DNA of 63,433 nucleotides, counting the filler. It is 5 parts of 5 records of this genome, joined end to end, with 100 filler letters (N's around TTAATTAATTAA, not from the genome) between each part and the next. Parts side by side here need not be neighbours in the genome. Positions count along the whole stretch, not along the records: positions 51,974 to 63,433 come from DRR723986_2938; 4 more parts are not named here. One strand, 5' to 3'. The notes beneath the pieces are model-generated. The model was not told the origin of the DNA. It searched no databases and saw only the letters and a list, made by a program, of their open reading frames with translations. Shown one piece after another: positions 60,931 to 63,433 of the stretch (the first letter of the stretch is position 1; each line of letters starts with the position of its first letter). The position numbers and the translations under genes are program-made.

Positions 60931-61141
60931 CGCCGCCCGACGGGCACTGGCCACACCCGGACCGAGGTCGCCCCGCCGGCCTGCCGCATCACGGCGGTCG
61001 AACGGCGCTCCGGCCGCCACGGGCCCCGCCGGACGAAAAATTCGAAAATTTTCGCGCGAGACCGAAACTGCGGGAACGGCGCGTTCGTGATTCAGACAGA
61101 GCGCGGGGCAACATGCCCCGACGATACCTGAGAGGACCACG

Positions 61142-61996
61142 ATGATCCGCCGTTTCCTGACCGCCACCGCCCTGACCGCCGTGACCGCAGCGCCCCTTCT
61201 GGCGATGGGCCATGCCGGCACCATGGGCTACGCCCTGGCCGACGACGGCGCCACGCTTGTCGTGATGGCCGATATCGCCGCCCCCGGCGAGGCGCAGACC
61301 TACGAGCTGTCCTCCGCGCTCGACGCCATCGCCTTCCGCCCGGTGACCGGCGAGCTTCTGGGCTTCGCCGACGGCATGATCTACACCATCGACCCCAAGT
61401 CGGGCGAGATGACCGACCTTGGCGCCGCCTTCGCAGAGGATGCCACGATCGGCGCCGACGCCATGGTCGCCTTCGACTTCAACAATGCCATCGACGCCGT
61501 GCGCGCCGTGTCTTCGGCCGGTGACAACCTCGTCTACTTCCCCGACGGCTTCGGCGACGGCGACGAGAAGGCCGGCAAGGTCATGCGCTTCACCGACCTC
61601 GCCTATGCCGAGGGCGACGCCAACGCCGGCGCGACGCCGATGATCTACGCCAACGCCTACACCAACGCCATCGACGGCAAGGTCGCGGGCAGCACCTTCC
61701 AGTACGCGCTGGACGCGGGCACCGACTCTCTGGTGAGCCTCGCCAACAACGCCGGCACGCTGGAAACCATCGGCAAGATCACCGTCGAGGGCGAAGAGGC
61801 CGACCTGTCGGGCATGGGCGGCTTCGACATCCTGTCGCCCGCCGAGGACGAGAACCAGGCCTATGCGATCCTGCAGATGGAAGGCGCCGAAAGCGCGGGC
61901 CTCTACATGATCGACCTCGAGACCGGCGCCGCGACGATGCTGGCCGATCTCGGCATGGGCGGCTTCTCGGGCTTCGCCGTCTCTTCGGGCATGTAA
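61142..61996 (+). CDS. DUF4394-like secreted beta-propeller protein
   Basis: AFRPVTGELLG, FDFNNAIDAVR, AYTN, NNAGTL, GFDI. Confidence 0.8.
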   Translation: MIRRFLTATALTAVTAAPLLAMGHAGTMGYALADDGATLVVMADIAAPGEAQTYELSSALDAIAFRPVTGELLGFADGMIYTIDPKSGEMTDLGAAFAEDATIGADAMVAFDFNNAIDAVRAVSSAGDNLVYFPDGFGDGDEKAGKVMRFTDLAYAEGDANAGATPMIYANAYTNAIDGKVAGSTFQYALDAGTDSLVSLANNAGTLETIGKITVEGEEADLSGMGGFDILSPAEDENQAYAILQMEGAESAGLYMIDLETGAATMLADLGMGGFSGFAVSSGM

Positions 61997-62012
61997 GCCT
62001 TTCCGGACAGGG

Positions 62013-62060
62013 GCGCGGGACCCGCATTCATTCCCCTGAACCCGGGTCCTGCGCTTCTTT
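62013..62060 (+). terminator. Putative intrinsic terminator
   Basis: GCGCGGGACCCG...CGGGTCCTGCGC followed by TTCTTT. Confidence 0.5.
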
Positions 62061-62107
62061 CGCCCCGCCTCACTCAGGCGGGGCGTTTATGCGTTCCGGC
62101 CCAGCCG

Positions 62108-62755
62108 TCAGAAGCGATAGCCGAAACGCGCGATATCCTCGGCGCAGACCTCCGCCACGATGGCCCGCGTCTCGTCGTCGTAATAGCCGCGCCAGTCCGA
62201 CGCCCGGTCAGAGCGGTTCTCGTGACCGATCGCGGGCGCAAACCCCAGATGATCGACCAGCGGCGCCCAGTCCTCGGACAGGTTTTCCAGCCGCAGGAAC
62301 AGCCCGCGCTCCTGCCCCGAGGCATCGCGCATGTAGCGCGCGAAGGGCCACGCGCGCAGGCTCGCCTGCGTGTGCGGGTGACGCAGGAACGCCGCGAACT
62401 CCTCCGCCTTGGCGATCCGCACCGCCTCGTGGTCGAACGTCTGCCCGCGCAGCCAGTGGTAATAGCTGACTACCCGGTCCCACGGGTTGCGCACGAGGCA
62501 GAAGCACAGCATCCCGTCGAGCGCCTCCGCCGTCACCACCCCGTCGATATCCGCCAGCGTGGAATGCTTCCACAGCCGCCCGGCCGCCTGCGCGCGCAGG
62601 GGCGCGACCCGCCCCCGGCGCCGCTGCGCCTTTTCGGTATCGCCGATCAGGATGTCGTCGCGATGCGCCCGCGCCTCGAGCGCGGCGGCCATGGATGTGC
62701 CGCCGGTCTTGGGAATGTGCACGAAGACATAGCCGCGCCCGGGCGAGATGATCAT
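62108..62755 (-). CDS. Sulfotransferase family 2 domain protein
   Basis: FVHIPKTGGTS, VRNPWDRVVSYY, EDIARFGYRF; real start at 62755. Confidence 0.9.
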   Translation of the reverse strand: MIISPGRGYVFVHIPKTGGTSMAAALEARAHRDDILIGDTEKAQRRRGRVAPLRAQAAGRLWKHSTLADIDGVVTAEALDGMLCFCLVRNPWDRVVSYYHWLRGQTFDHEAVRIAKAEEFAAFLRHPHTQASLRAWPFARYMRDASGQERGLFLRLENLSEDWAPLVDHLGFAPAIGHENRSDRASDWRGYYDDETRAIVAEVCAEDIARFGYRF

Positions 62756-62833
62756 GCGCGCCTCCGACGCCCCCTTTTCACCCTGCCCAACCTCGTCCAT
62801 CATTCCCCCGACCACAAGGCAGGAGGGCACGCG

Positions 62834-63433
62834 ATGGGCTGGCTGAAGGACGAAACCGGGCTGGAGAAGACGCCCGCCAACCATGTGCCGCTGACGCCCT
62901 TGTCCTTCCTGACCCGCGCCGCAGGCATCTGGCCCGATCATCCGGCTGTGGTCTACGGCCCGCATCGCAAGACCTATGCGCAGTACATCGCGCGCGTCAC
63001 CCGCCTTGCCTCGGCTCTGGCGGCGATGGGGGTGAAACCCGGAGACGTGGTGGCGACCATCCTGCCCAACATCCCCGCGCAGGCAGAGGCGCATTTCGGC
63101 GTGCCCGCCTGCGGCGCGGTGCTGAACGCCATCAACACCCGCCTCGATCCCGACACGGTGGCCTATATCCTCGACCACGGCGAGGCCAAGGTGGTCCTTT
63201 GCGACTCGCAGTTTCTGCCCATGCTGGCCGAGGCGCTGGAGCGCATGGAGGGCACGCCCCCGCAGGTGATCGAGGTGCCCGACGACCACGCGGGCGTGCA
63301 CCGCCAGTCCGACTACCCGCAATACGAAGACGTGCTCGCGGGCGCCGATCCGGCCTTTGACTGGGTGCTGCCGCAGGACGAGTGGGAATCCCTCGCGCTC
63401 AACTACACCTCGGGCACCACCGGGCGGCCCAAG
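62834..63433 (+). CDS. Acyl-CoA synthetase / AMP-binding protein (3'-truncated)
   Basis: AGGAGG RBS; MGWLKDETGLEKTPANHVPLTPLSFL..GAVLNAINTRLD..LNYTSGTTGRPK; absent from the ORF track because it has no stop. Confidence 0.93.
   Translation, partial: MGWLKDETGLEKTPANHVPLTPLSFLTRAAGIWPDHPAVVYGPHRKTYAQYIARVTRLASALAAMGVKPGDVVATILPNIPAQAEAHFGVPACGAVLNAINTRLDPDTVAYILDHGEAKVVLCDSQFLPMLAEALERMEGTPPQVIEVPDDHAGVHRQSDYPQYEDVLAGADPAFDWVLPQDEWESLALNYTSGTTGRPK

Noticed and set aside
52150-63322. Many long overlapping ORFs in the high-GC contig (e.g. 53845-55890, 55452-58013, 57943-59079, and the 5' part of 54276-56306)
   Set aside because: Shadow or antisense frames of real genes caused by stop-codon scarcity in GC-rich DNA; Arg/Gly/Pro-rich with no motifs.

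Overview
The window is not one locus. It is five unrelated contig fragments joined by artificial N-TTAATTAATTAA-N linkers (6610-6709, 16402-16501, 27437-27536, 51874-51973), so no adjacency across a linker is biological. (1) 1-6609: a beta-propeller/Y_Y_Y LytS-type sensor kinase, a LytTR regulator, a ~1.2 kb non-coding gap holding a candidate multi-stem RNA, and a lipoprotein. (2) 6710-16401: gammaproteobacterial (Marinobacter-like by inference) genes, including an OsmC-YcaO fusion, lipid kinase, SelW/Rdx, methyltransferase, PCu(A)C, GGDEF-EAL, DUF533, YjdM and a histidine phosphatase. (3) 16502-27436: a repeat- and hairpin-rich ~1 kb non-coding leader, then a co-oriented cluster of a YqiJ/NfeD-like membrane protein, a stand-alone short SPFH paralogue, a long flotillin with three 66-bp internal repeats, a 1663-aa coiled-coil AAA+ ATPase and a MOSC protein. 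This is the best candidate for an under-described system, probably a membrane scaffold/repair or anti-antagonism machine, and it has an extra SPFH subunit and no adjacent PspA. (4) 27537-51873: alphaproteobacterial core region with wza/wzc, tRNA-Ser, MCP, cysE-cysK, a tandem FKBP, engB-yidC-yidD-rnpA-rpmH and a partial tRNA-Arg. (5) 51974-63433: high-GC Rhodobacteraceae-like ffs-dnaX-ybaB-recR region with a probable pseudophosphatase, RNase T2 and others. I saw no CRISPR array, transposase, integrase or phage genes. Family assignments come from motif recognition by eye, not database searches.
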